A DNA stretch of 64,000 nt from Heptranchias perlo (taxonomy: Eukaryota), in NCBI RefSeq assembly GCF_035084215.1, contig NC_090351.1, positions 33,852,001 to 33,916,000 of the forward strand, in the 5' to 3' direction. Shown piece by piece: positions 38,701 through 50,932 of this stretch (its first letter is position 1; each line of letters starts with the position of its first letter). Under the pieces are notes generated by a model. It saw nothing but the letters and a program-made list of their open reading frames with translations. It ran no database searches and was not told the origin of the DNA. The translations under genes were made by a program, and so were the position numbers.

Positions 38701-41700
38701 TTGTTTGTTTAAAGTAACACTTACCAATGCTGCTGATTTGATTCACATAACTGCAGTTTTTCTCTGATCTGTTGAAGTCTGACAATTTAAACATTTCACT
38801 GGATTTTCCTCCATTATTATTTGAGGCTCGACAGTAATATTGATGATGGTGTTGGGCGAAGGAAGGACAATATAGATCCAGTTGATTGGTGTCAGAGATC
38901 ATTAAATCTTCAGACGTGGCCTTTTTATACCATGTGTACCGAATGGGAAGGGACCCTTGGGCAGACTCACAGGAGACTGACACTGAGCCCCCAAAACATG
39001 AGGCATTTGGTGGTGATAAAAATCGAAGTACAGGAACAGACACAGATTCTGTGGGAAAGAAACAAACATTCAGACACTGACTGACTCTGCTTCTTGCATT
39101 GGATCCAAACTATCCCTGATCTTTAATGGGATCAGAGAGATTAAATAACTTTCAAAAGCACCTGAAAGAAGAGGAACAATTGAGAAAGTTTCTTTTTTTT
39201 TAAAACAGCAGCATAATTGATCCAGATGGAAATAATCGTCTCATCATTTTTGCTTTGATGAAACCCATCATGAATTTGCCAGGTTGGAGCAGTCTATGTG
39301 CTAGAAATTGGTATGTGTTTTGTTCCATTTCTGGGCGTAAAATGGTGCAACGCATACCAATTGCTGGGCGTGAAGTCCTGTGCCCGATTTGCATTGGGGC
39401 ATGCCCGCCGCCATATTGGTCGACTCTGTTTTTAGGCGTCCCTAATGGTCGCCTGAAAGCAGCGTTGCATTAATTAAAAATGCAAACAAGGGTCTTGGGC
39501 TTGTTTTAGGAAACTTCTGCAAAATTTTTGAGAAACTAGGTGGAGCGTACACCGTGAATGATCTGACTGGTTTACCCAGCTCTACAGCGGCCTAACCAGA
39601 GTTCCTTAAAGAGACCCATTGAGATCACTGAAGAATCGCGACTGCGCTCGGTCCTCCAGCGTTTTCCTCCGGTGTCCAAGCAGGACGTTCCTGAGGGCCG
39701 CTGGTGAATAGACAGCAGGCTCAAATTAAATCCCCGATGTCGGCAGTAGCCAGCAGCTCGCCTCTATTATCAAAATGAGGCCAATTTCAGATGAGCCTCA
39801 GGCCTCTGGCTTCTTGGGGCGCGCTTTCAGCCTGTCGCTTATTTTGGGCCCAGAAATGAGCCTAAAATAATTTCCACCCCTATTGTTTTCAGGTGGGGGT
39901 TTGGTCGAATGTTGAATGCATTTCCAGGAATGGCCTGGCCCAGGTCCAGTTTGTAACAGAACTCACTAATATGGGAATTCTGCAACCAACATCGAAAAAT
40001 CAAATGCTTTCCAATTTTCATTTGACTTCCGTGACAAAACCAGAATAAGCTTTCCTGTAACTCAGCCAGGCCCTGCCATTTTGGAACCTCACCAGCACAT
40101 CTACATCTCCATGTCTCTCCATCCTGCGAGCAGCCTGAACTACCATGTCTAATATCAGAACATAGCAGGGCTCCAGATCAGGAGAGCAGCAATGATACTG
40201 GGGATGAGTCAATTTGAAAATCAGGGCTAACAATTTCTCTCAGTAGTAGGTTACCAGCCTCCAATGCTGTTTAATTGTTTGACACTCGAACATGAGCTAG
40301 TTGGAGAAAGTCCGAGAAACACAGCAGAATATGAGTGCAAAAAATTGGAGATTTCTGCAAATGTTTTGTGGATTTAGACAGGGAGAGTAATTGTGATTGG
40401 TTTCAGCTAACTGCAGCTAAAAAGGAACCCTTTATCACTGTGTCAAGAGAATAGCCAAAGCACAAAGGTGACCAGATTGACATTTTCAATGAGAATTGTC
40501 AGGCCTTCAGTGCTGTTGCTGCCACACCCTGTTCTCAGAAACTGATGAGGACAAAATTTGCTTGGTGACTGGACAGTCTCTCTTTGAAATGCTACTGCTT
40601 GCCGACCTGTCCCTGAGCACTTCCCTACTCACCCACCCAGATCCATTGAAAAATCAACAGGTCATGTGGAGGATATAGGAGATTGTATTTAATATCAGGA
40701 GGTTTGATTGGGAGGAAGATAATGGGCCATAATTTGCTTTGCAGGGCATCTAATGGCGTCTGCCGTTAGTTCGACTTGCCCTTGCTCGTTTAGGTTTCAA
40801 ATTGTTTGCGGGTATGTATCTACCGTGCAAATACAGCAACTTCATGCCGTTGAATGTATTTCGATGGTGCGGCAGACAGCAAGATGCCCTTTTTCTGAAG
40901 CTAAGGGCAGAACGGCGTAACTTGGACAGCAACTTTTGGATTTCTGCGTTTAACCAGGCATCTGCCTGAATTTGCTGCACCATTTGCGCATAAATAATGG
41001 TGAGCGTCATTAGTCTCACCGCTATTTTGGCAGTAAAATCTGGCCCAACGTGACAACATGAATAAAGAGGCTTCTTTTACCATCAAGAGAGTGATCTAGC
41101 TTTTCAATTTTAGTTTAGCTCGCTTGTAAAGTTGAACTGTATTGTGCTGACCTAAGTATCTGGTTGATTCTGTATGCCTCCCATCATATCAGGAAACCTA
41201 CAAAAATCTGTTATGCTCTTGTGGATTGATTCCATTTTTGGTGTTTTCTCGGCATTTATCCCATTAATGACTATTTGCTTCTTACTGCTTTTGTTATTGT
41301 CTTTCTATTAGTTTTAGCCTGAATGTAAACATCTGACAGTGTGAAATTTGATACAGTTCAGACATAGGAAGATGTGTTGAGCATCCATGTGAGGTCTGGT
41401 GTAATACACTGTCGTTAAAGTAACTGTTGGTCCCATAATACGTGAATTTTTTGGTTGGATAGTTGGACAGGCCACGAATTGCGTGTGAGCAACGCGAGTC
41501 GTGTTTCCAGACCTCTGCCCACTTCCTGGAAGACTCTGCACTGCTGCGGAGCCTCGGAAAATCAGTGCTGTATTTTTCTTCCCCGATGAAACATTGAACA
41601 GACATTTTAGTCGTGTATAATAAAGTATATCACTGAGAAAAGTACCGTAAGATATTTGTAGTCGTAAGTTAAACCTTGGATCGATGCCAAGTTGTTCAAT

Positions 41701-44098
41701 ACCACAGCTGTACCATCCTGTATCTCCCGAGCGAAGATCCTTCATAGTAACAACGAATATTCCTTCTCTCTTGTTATCTGTGATTGACATTCTTCCTCGC
41801 TGTCCATCTTGCTCACTTGTTTTTACTAAAACTGAACATTCAGTAGTCCAGCCATGACACCAATATTTCACATATGACCGGTACGTATGTTTGTCATAGT
41901 GACAGTCTATTGTGATCGCTCTTCCCACAACACCTCTGACATTTTTTTTTGCCCACAATGCACCTGAAACTGAGGAGACAACACTTCAGAAATTGAACAG
42001 GAAGTAACTGCTAAATACAAACAGATACATTTTAATAAGAACTTCCACTGTGTACAGAAGAATCTCTCCACTACGTCCATTAATACAGTTGAATTCCTTG
42101 TAGTTTGTGATGAAAGAAAGAACATTAATTTCGTGCCTTATCACATCCTCACGATGTCCTAAAGCACTTCCCAGCCAGTGAATTACTTTTGAAGTGTAGT
42201 CACTATCGTTAAACAAGAACAGCAACAACAGCTTGCATTTATATAACACCGATAACATAGAAACACAAGCTAAGATATAATCAAAAGTAAATGGACACTG
42301 AGCTAAGGCAGGAGATATTAGGAGAGGTGTGTAACAGCTTGGTCAAAGAGGTGGGTTTTAAAGAGGACCTTAAAGGAGGAGAGGTGGAGGATTTCATACA
42401 GGGAATTTCACAATGTGGTCAAAGGCACACCCATTCCCACTAATGGTGGGGCAAAGGTAGGGATCGATGCACAAAAGACCACAGTCAGAGGAACGGATAG
42501 TTCGTGAGGGGGGGTGGTGAGTCGGGCTGAAGGAGGTTACTCAAATAGTGACGGGCCATGTCATGAAGGAATTTAAAGGATGAGAGTTTTAGATATGACA
42601 TGTTGAGTGACCGAGAGCCAATGTAGGTCAGCAAGGACAGGGGTGATAGATGAGCGGGACCTGAAACGGGCAGCAGAATTTTGGATGAGTTGATGTTTAT
42701 GGTGGGTGCAAGAGGGGAGGCAGGCCAGGAGAACATTGGAATAGTTCAATCTGGAGGCAACAAAGACATGGATGTGGATTTCAGCAGCAGACGGGTGGAA
42801 GTAGGCAGACTTTGTGATGAACTTGATATCTGCAGGAAAAGTGCTCCAGATTGTCTGTAAGATCAATGAGCAAGACCTCGAGGGTATTAATCACAGGATT
42901 ATTCCCAGTGCCACATGGTAATCAGTATAAGAATAGTAAGATAAGAGAAATAATTTTCTGACTGGAGCGATGGTTCAGAAGAAAAGGGTTCATATTCCTG
43001 GCACCTTGGGACCAGGTGTGGAAGAGGAGCATCCTGTAGAGGACGGGAGGAGTTTACTTGAACAGCACCAAGACCAATGGCCTTGCTGGGAGAGGAACTG
43101 ATGCTGTGGGCAAAGAGTTTACTCCCAAATGGCAGGAGGGTGGTTAAAAATAAGCTGAAGAGGCACGAGGAAGAGGACGGAGGGCTAAGGATATAGGTTA
43201 GATAAAAGAGGGAAAGAGAACAGATCAGAAAGAGGAAGGATTGAAAAGAGGAAGATTGCCATAACAGAGGCATGCTTCAGTTGAATGTTCATAAAGTGTT
43301 CTGCATAAAATTGGGAAGTTGAGGCGCAAATATTTATGGGGAGGTTTGATGTAATAGAATTAAGAGACTCATGGCTTAGAGTCGGGTGGGACTGGGAGTT
43401 TAACATTGCTGGTTACAAAATAGATTAGTCCAAAATGGTGGAGGGGAGGCAGTATTAATGAAAAATGCCATTACAGCACTAAATCATAAAGATGATATGG
43501 GGCTGAATCTACTTGGTTAGAGTTAAAGAAGAAGAAGAAAACGGTTACTTATTGGGAGAGTAATATCGACCAAACAGTGGGCGTCCTCTCCCAGTGAGAA
43601 ACAGTGTCACTGACAGAGCCTCGTTAAACAATATTTCATCGGCTGTACTTTAAATAACAAAAACAGTTGCAAATTTGTGACATTTTCTATTTGAGGGATT
43701 ATTACCACTGCAGTCTTCAGTGTATATTGGACATCAGATTATATTATAAAAGTCACTTTTTACAGATTAAAACTGGTTGCCTTTGCATTTTGTTTGTTAC
43801 TTTTGCAGCTTTTAAAAAAATTAAATGGAACCTTTATTTTCCACTCACAATTAAGAATGCATCTTCGTATATATTGATAAATATTTGTCTGGTAAATAAT
43901 ACTGTCAAAAAGAGATATAAGACTATATGCAAATGTACTTTTGCTGAGTATTTTGTGCCTTTACATTTCTCCAAATATTTAAACATTTCTCCTGTTTAAA
44001 CCATACACGAGACTTAAACTAACACTGATTATCTGAATATCCAGCTCTGGCAGTCACTCACCGGGCAGGCAACAAATGAGAAGAATCAGAATCTGCAT
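29749..44098 (-). CDS. Gene C: four-Ig-domain V-C2-V-C2 activating receptor, 529 aa predicted
   Basis: Exons 44062-44098, 41646-41969, 38725-39048, 36104-36421, 32565-32888, 31654-31777, 30704-30794, 29749-29796. One leader and one stalk/TM/tail serve two V-C2 cassettes; all Ig exons are phase 1-1 and open. Confidence 0.78.
30219..30640 (+). mobile_element. tRNA-derived SINE (duplicated copy)
   Basis: paralogue of 545-960. Confidence 0.8.
30704..30794 (-). CDS. Gene C TM exon (Arg)
   Basis: same sequence as gene B TM exon. Confidence 0.88.
31654..31777 (-). CDS. Gene C stalk exon
   Basis: GPVYTCEEFSTVSPKTTCSTSKNINSTDNQTTSS... Confidence 0.85.
32565..32888 (-). CDS. Gene C C2 domain 2
   Basis: overlaps ORF 32521..32883. 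Confidence 0.92.
34468..35171. repeat. ~262-bp inverted duplication (34468-34731 vs 34911-35171)
   Basis: right arm is the reverse complement of the left arm; absent from the other cassette copies. Confidence 0.9.
36104..36421 (-). CDS. Gene C V domain 2 (internal, leaderless)
   Basis: overlaps ORF 35772..36416; acceptor cactttcag; 318 nt, phase 1-1; begins GALCAKK. Confidence 0.85.
37254..38361 (+). mobile_element. 5'-truncated CR1 LINE, specific to gene C
   Basis: RT ORF 37362..38087 (KFADDTK, HLEYCEQFWAP); (TATGTTCC)n tail; empty site cagaagaaaaggg in the other copies; AAG duplicated. Confidence 0.92.
38725..39048 (-). CDS. Gene C C2 domain 1
   Basis: overlaps ORF 38693..39043; intact acceptor and donor gtaagt. 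Confidence 0.9.
41646..41969 (-). CDS. Gene C V domain 1
   Basis: overlaps ORF 41314..41958; KYWCHGWTTEC, DTGWYSC. Confidence 0.92.
44062..44098 (-). CDS. Gene C signal-peptide exon MQILILLICCLP
   Basis: ATG at 44098, donor gtgagt. Confidence 0.85.
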
Positions 44099-44624
44099 TG
44101 TTTTATTCACAAAGAAGAGATCAGCACTTGTCGTCAGTCACCCAGCTCTTCGTTCTCATATCTAAATAAATATCTTCATGACTCAAGGAATTTAAATGAG
44201 GAAGAAAGTAGCAGGAAGCCAGATTGTGAAAGCGCAGGATGCCAGGCGATGAAATGTTACCCCTGAGAACTTGAAATATTGTCAGTTATATTTAACAAAC
44301 AAAACTAAACTAATTTTCATCGAAGAATAAAACATTTTGAAAACAGGAACGTTGAAATGTTAACAGGAATGGAGAATGGCGACCCAAGCAAAGTATTTAT
44401 GCTGAATTGTGAGGTGAGATCTCGAACACAAGTGAGAAAAAAACCTCAGGCAAGTGTTGAGATTGGCAGGAAGATTCAATCCCCTCTCCTTCCCACAGTG
44501 TACTGTGTATGGAAACTAGTTTCACAGGTAAAACAGTTAATGCTGTGCTTATTAACAGCATGAAGAATGTCTGGCCACATCGTCGGAAATCCCGTAAAGT
44601 GACATGTTAAGTGTCAGCACCATA

Positions 44625-45740
44625 TCAACAACAACAACAACTTGCATTTAGATTGTGCCTATAACATAATAGAAAGCTCAAGGCGCTTCAGAGGAGTGTC
44701 ATCGAACAAAATTTGACACCAAGCCGCAAAAGAAGATATTAGGACAGATGTAGGTTTTAAGGATCGTCTTAAAGGAGAAGCGAGAGATGGAGAGGCGGAG
44801 AGGTTTATGTTGGAAATTCCACAGCTTGGGGCCTAGGCAGCTGAAGGCACGGCCGCCAATGATGGAGTGATTGAAATCAGGGATGCGTAAGAGGCAAGAA
44901 TTGGAGGAGTACGGAGATCTCGGAGTGTTTTGGGGCTGGAGGAGGTTACAGAAAAATGGAGGGGCGAGGCCATGGAAGGATTTGAAAACAAGGATGAGAA
45001 TTTTAAAATCGAGGCGTTCGCGGAAAGGGAGCCAATGTTGATCAGCGGGCAGAGTGGTGATGGGAAAACGCGACTTGGTGCGAGTTAGGAAACGGGCAGC
45101 AGAGTTTTGGATGAGCTCAAGTTTATGGAGTGTGGAAGATGGGAAGCCGGCCAGGAGAGCATTGGAATCGTCAAGTCTAGATGTAACAAAGGCATGGATG
45201 AGGGTTTCAGCAGCAGATGAGCTGAGGCAGGGGTGGAGACGGGCGATGTTACGGAGGTGGAAGTAGGTGGCTTGGTGATGGAGCAGATATGTGGTCGAAA
45301 TTCATCTCAGGGCCAAGGTTACGAATGGTCTGGTTCAGCCCCAGACAGTGACCAGGGAGAGGGATGTATTCGGTGGCTAGGGAACGGAGTTTGCGATGGG
45401 GACCAAAGATAATGGCTTTGGTCTTCCCAATATTTAGTTGGAGAAAATTTTTGATCATCCAGTACTGTCTGTCAGTCAAGCAGTGTGATAAATGAGAGAC
45501 AGTGGAGGGGTCGAGGGACGTGGTGGTGACAGAGCTGGATGTCATCAGTGTATATGTGGAATCTGACGTTGTGTTTTCAGATGATGTCGCCGAGGGGCAG
45601 CATGTAGATGAGAAATAGGACTGGCCAAGGATAGATCCTTGGGGGACTCCAGAGGTAACGGTGTGGGAGTGGGAAGAGAAGCCATTGTACGTGATTCTCT
45701 GGCTACGACTGGATAGATAAGAATGGAACCAAAAGAGCAC
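44625..45740 (-). mobile_element. L2 LINE 3' fragment
   Basis: [31 protein letters not shown]; (AAC)n end. Confidence 0.85.
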
Positions 45741-46281
45741 AGTCCCACCTATATCCTGGTGGAAATGCACCCGGCAGCTTTTTAAATGTCCATTCCTCTG
45801 TGGCGAACAATTGCAGGGCAAGGGCAGCTCACAGCATCTTCAGGAGACTGGGATTGGCTGGGCGGATGCTGTAGATTCCAGTGAAGCTGGCACATGCTCC
45901 ATTGGTGCCTGAAATGAAGACAAAGCTTCCTTGCTGCAGATGAGAACTATAAACTCAAAGGTCACACACGTCAGTTGTTCCACATCCTCGGACCCTGACC
46001 TTACAGCCTGCATGTCGGTGTGATGTTCCTCAAACATCCCGCTTTTCAGGAAAGTATCCATAAGTTCGGGCTCTCAGGACTCCAAAGGCAAAGGCAGCCT
46101 TCTCATCAGCACATTGTCACCTACTTCCCACACCTCCGGCTCCCTTGCGCTCTGTGAATCAGCACATCCTCACAAAACACTATCTAATTTCCCTCAGGTG
46201 AACATACCTGAGCTGGTGCCTGGGATTTAAGAAGAAAGTGACACAGGTGATGTGTTCAATGGGATTGGGACAGAGGAACAT

Positions 46282-47023
46282 TGTAAGAATATTGGAAATT
46301 GGGAAACATTGACATCTTTTTCTTAATGCTACTTACCATCATGCTCTGCAGGGGCTGTGCTGCTTATTTTGCTGAGTGTGCAGCTTATTTTGCTGAACTG
46401 TAAACTGTTAACCTTTGACTGGTAACTGACCCTTGTCACCCTCATTGTGAAACAAGGCAGCTATGTAATAAAAGAACAATGACCCAAAATTCGCAACAAT
46501 AATCCAAAGATAGCGAAAAGACCAGGTCCATGACGAGATAGCTGGACGAGTGCGGTCAACAAACTGGCCACCTTGAAAAGCAACCTTGGAAAGTGTCTTG
46601 AGGTTAAACAAGCTGACCATCTTGATTTCTTTGAAAAACAACTTTGTTAATCTATAAAGGTCTTATGAATATTGTTCCATATATGGTGTGTGGTTCCTGT
46701 CCGAGGGGACATAAAAACCCAACGTCTTTTGGGCTCAGAGCAGAGGAATCAGTGAAGATCACCCAACTGTTGAAAGAACACTTAGCTGTCTGAAGTCAAC
46801 ACCACTGTCAGAAGAATACCTGACTATCAGAGGTCTACCTCACTGTCAGAAATCTTGAAACAACCACATTGCCAACTTAATTATGTCCTCTGCCCAGACA
46901 TCAAACAAGGTAATATTGTTTTGATCTTTGTTGTCTAAATATTTGATATTTTTCCATGTTTGATTTGACTATTAATAAATGAGACATTGATTACCGATTG
47001 GTGTCACGTCTGAATCTGTTACA
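46282..47023 (+). mobile_element. Solo LTR (742 bp)
   Basis: TGTAA...TTACA ends, flanks ACAT/ACGT, CATAAAA ~46710 and AATAAA ~46974; absent at the homologous sites ~11292 and ~26082. Confidence 0.75.
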
Positions 47024-49004
47024 ACGTGTGCCATAAGGTGTCTGCAGGAAGTCATGGGTTAGCTTCCTCATCATCCTGCTCTTTATTCTTATCATCATCA
47101 TCGTCACAGTTCACAAGGAAGTAGTTGTGTTCATCTGATTTTCCTCCTTCTGATCCCCCTGTCGCTGTGGTGGGTTTTCAGAAAAGGAAGGTGGAAGCTT
47201 AGCATGGGTGAGCGTTACGCCATTACGGTTAAGGAGATGGAGAAGGGTGTGGACACTTGTAGGTGTGTGGTACTTCATAGAGATGCCAGGGCAAGAGTGT
47301 TGTGCTGGTAATATGCACCAACCTCACCATCTCCCACGAGATGCAAAGTGCCTAATGCCTATTTTGCCTATATCAATATGGCGGGCGACTCATAATGAGC
47401 GTACGCTTCCTGCTTACCATTTTGAAGGCCATTTAGTGCATGAGAAACAGGCTCTGCGCCATCGTGTTTCTAGGTTTTAATGTACATGCATGAGTCTGCA
47501 GGCAAGTGATGGAGCAGCCCAGTACTCTATTCCATTTGTTAGTGTTGAAGTAAAGCTGGTGCTGCATGAAGTCATCTCAAGGAGGGTGACCCTGTTTACC
47601 ATTCATGACCCATCCCCACAGGGTCAGCACTGAAGCATGCTTGGAATGAGCTGGGACATAATGGAGGTCACAGCTGGCCGTTACTGTCACTGGCTGGGCC
47701 AGCTTTATGTTGCACGTTAGCTACAGATGTCCTTGCAGCAGATGGTTCGGCTCTACATCTGCCTCTTTGATGACCTGTAGACAATTGCTGCCAGTAGAGT
47801 GTTCCAATGCCTGCAAATATGGTTATTGTCACCTTAGGAGGTGCGGCCAAGCAGGCTATGCTGGCTCTTGAATCACCCTGACATGTCTTATTTCCTGCAG
47901 TATTGCTAAAACATAATGGCCCAGAATTTACTGAAAAAATAATGACGTGTGAACGATTCATGCCGTTATTAATGTGCAAATCGGCCGGCAACTTGTGGCA
48001 AGGAAGAGATACCCTTTGAATTGAGAATTGCCACAAGTTGCTCGCTGATTTGCGTTGATGTTCCCATTAATTCACATCTATGTCAAGTTGCTGATAAATC
48101 AGAACATCAAGATCTGTTAGTAAGTTTATTCACCAATGATACAACATTACTAAAAACAGCCCTTTATGAACTCCAAGGCCACGAAATTCAAGCAGGGCAA
48201 ACCAGCAAATAAGAAATACAAGTACAAATAGGACGATTTGCCTGGGCCTCGATTGTCAAGGCTGAGGGTCCACATGTTTCATTAGGGCTCCAGGTTGGAC
48301 ACCTCTGGAAATATTTGAACCCAGACCTCGCAACTTCTGAAGCAGCCAATCAGGGTGCGAGCCTGGTAAAATCAAGACAAGTGGCCAAAGTCAGGGACTC
48401 TTGCTGAAACCCATCAGCATCCCTCACGTCCGCTCCCATTGGCAGAGGATTGTGACCAGTGCCTTCAGTAACAAGGAGACAATGACACAAGTCATTGGTT
48501 CACGGAGAAGTCGGAGATTGAAAAGTTCAGAAAGAACGAGATTGGTGGGGCGCACGGTCTCTGGGGAGAGAAGCACACAGTGCTGATATGGGGTGAAATG
48601 CAAATACAAATAATTGGTGACTGCCTGCTTCCATTGGTTAATGTCTTTCACAGTTTCTTATCTTAGTTTCACTCTTTACTAATTTAAACGTTTCAATTTG
48701 TCAACCCCTTTCCTTCAGCTGCGTTCTTCCTTTCCACCTCTTCCTTTTGGAACAATTTGCATAGATGGTTCTGCTCTTTCTTTTTCCTCCATTGTTTGTA
48801 CTATTATTCGTTTCCTCTTCACTTCTCCCACCTCAGTTTCTTCCTAGGGTTGGGCAGGTCACTGTGAGCTACTATTCAACAGGCACATCCAGCTCCTTGC
48901 CTTTCTGCCTTCAGGTTCCATGTCACTAGCCACCACAGACATGTGCAGCATCCTGTGTTCGAGCACTGCCAAAAAAAAAAAATCAAATCAGTGCATTGAC
49001 ATTT

Positions 49005-49452
49005 AGGCCATGGATCAGTGGTAGCACGCTCACTCTGTGTCAGAAGGTTCTGGGTTCATGTCCCACTCCAGAAACTTGAGCACATAATCTAGGCTGACAC
49101 TCCAGTGCAGTACTGAGGGAGTGCTGCACTGTCAGAGGTGCCATCTTTTGGATGAGATGTTAAACCGATTGCCCTCTCAGGTGGACGTAAAATATTCCAG
49201 GGCACTATTTTGAAGAAGAGTAGGTTAGTTCTCCCCAGTGTCCTGGTCAATATTTATCCTTCAACCAGCGTCACTAACACAGATTATCTGGTCATTATCT
49301 CATTGTTGTTTGTGGAACTTTGCTGTGCACAAATTGGCTGCCACGTTTCCTACATTACAACAGTGATACACTTCAATATTACTTCATTGGTTGTAAAGCG
49401 CTTTGGGACGTCCTGAGGTCATGAAAGGCATTAAATGCAAGTTCTTTCTTTC
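49005..49452 (+). mobile_element. tRNA-derived SINE, full length
   Basis: same family as 545-960. Confidence 0.8.
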
Positions 49453-49577
49453 AAATAATTAACAATGAGCAAGTCCCAAAAAAGTCAGGATTTAAACGGT
49501 ACAGCTCCATAAGTGGAACAACCAAATTTCTCAGTAACAAAAACTGCACATTGTGGACATTCAGGAAACCTCAGTTG

Positions 49578-49885
49578 CCTCTGACTCAGAAGGTCATGGG
49601 TTCAAGCCCCACTCCAGGTCTTGTGCATAAAATTCACACTGATACTTAAGTGCAGTGCTATCTTTCAGATAAGATGTTGAGGTCCCATTAGCCTGTTCAG
49701 GTGGCATAAAAGATCCCATGGCAATATTCAAAGAAAAGCAGGGGAGTTCTCCTGGTGTCCTCACCTATATTTATCCCTGAACCAACACCACCACAACACA
49801 TTAACTACTCATTTATCTCATTCCAGTTTGTGGGACCTTGCTGTGCCTAAGTTGGCTGCCATGGTTACCTACGTAACAACAGTGG
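49578..49885 (+). mobile_element. tRNA-derived SINE, partial
   Basis: B box and core similar to 49005-49452. Confidence 0.7.
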
Positions 49886-50840
49886 CTCGTCGTATCTCCT
49901 CTGCCCCTCACTGTAAGGATTCTGTGTGAAAGCTCGAAGAGTATCAGTTCACTTCGTGCCATGCTGCCCCACATCATTGGATCATCTTACTTCACTTAGA
50001 GAAGATGGTTTCTGGGAATCCTTCAATATTTCAACTTGTTCACCTGAATGAAGTCCTCACAGGTTCCTTTTAAACAAACCTGAGCGCCTTCATAGCATTG
50101 CTGTTTCAAAAAGTCTCTTCTCGGGTGCCTGTCTCTGTGTATTTTATCTCCCACTATCCACAACCAGAAAATAAAAGCCTACCAGACCTTCTACTGAGCA
50201 CCTGGGACCAACAACTCCCCAAACAAATGGGTGTGATGTGTTTATTGATTATCAAGATAACCTAATGAATTGCTTATTATTTATAGTCTATGAGGAAACA
50301 ACACCAAAGTTAATTCATTTGCACTTTAACTACTCATCATTTCAAACCTTCCCCCCTTTTTATTAACATGATGCCTGAAAACACATTTAAAGCAGCTAAT
50401 TTTCAAAACCTTTTCTGCGAAAAATGGCCAAAAAGTCCTGATTAGGGAATTGGATATATTCTTGTAAAGGAAAAATTTGCAGGGCTGTGGGGAAAGAGCA
50501 GAGAAGTGGGATTAATTGGATGGCTCTTTCAAAGAGCCGGCACAGGCACGGTGGGCTGAATGGCCTCCTTCTGTGCTTTTTGATTCTATGACAGTGACAC
50601 CACCCTATTCTCAATCTCTGAGTGCCTGAGCTGACACCAGGAGAAAGTGTTCCAATTCCCCAGCAGTAACATCCCTCAGCAAGAAATTACAATTTAACAT
50701 GAGGGGATTTTTCATTATGACTTGAATTAGAAATAAAATTTGGCAAATTTTTGATTGAGCTGTCTTACTTTCATAATGATATTAAACAGTTTTTAAAAAA
50801 AATATTGTTCAACAATTAACACAAAATCCATAATCCTTAC

Positions 50841-50932
50841 CTTAATTTTTCTTTGTGCAACACGTGACTAAAATAGCACAAATCAGCAGAAGTGCAAAGA
50901 GCGTCCAACGTAGCCAATTCCAGATAATGTAG
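50841..50932 (-). CDS. Gene D TM exon (Arg), stop codon 1 nt before donor
   Basis: [29 protein letters not shown]; acceptor ttttgtccag, donor gtaagg; 92 nt vs 91 in paralogues. Confidence 0.85.

Larger units (their letters stand above)
29675..47340. repeat. Third, rearranged unit with an extra V-C2 cassette and more divergent upstream region
   Basis: colinear with unit-1 positions 1-7665, then restarts at the equivalent of ~2610; homology fades after ~47340. Confidence 0.85.

Noticed and set aside
36104-39048. Treating the 36.1-kb V and 38.7-kb C2 exons as parts of two separate truncated pseudogenes
   Set aside because: Frames, phases and splice sites are intact and one leader plus one TM bracket both cassettes; a single 4-domain gene is simpler, though unproven without RNA
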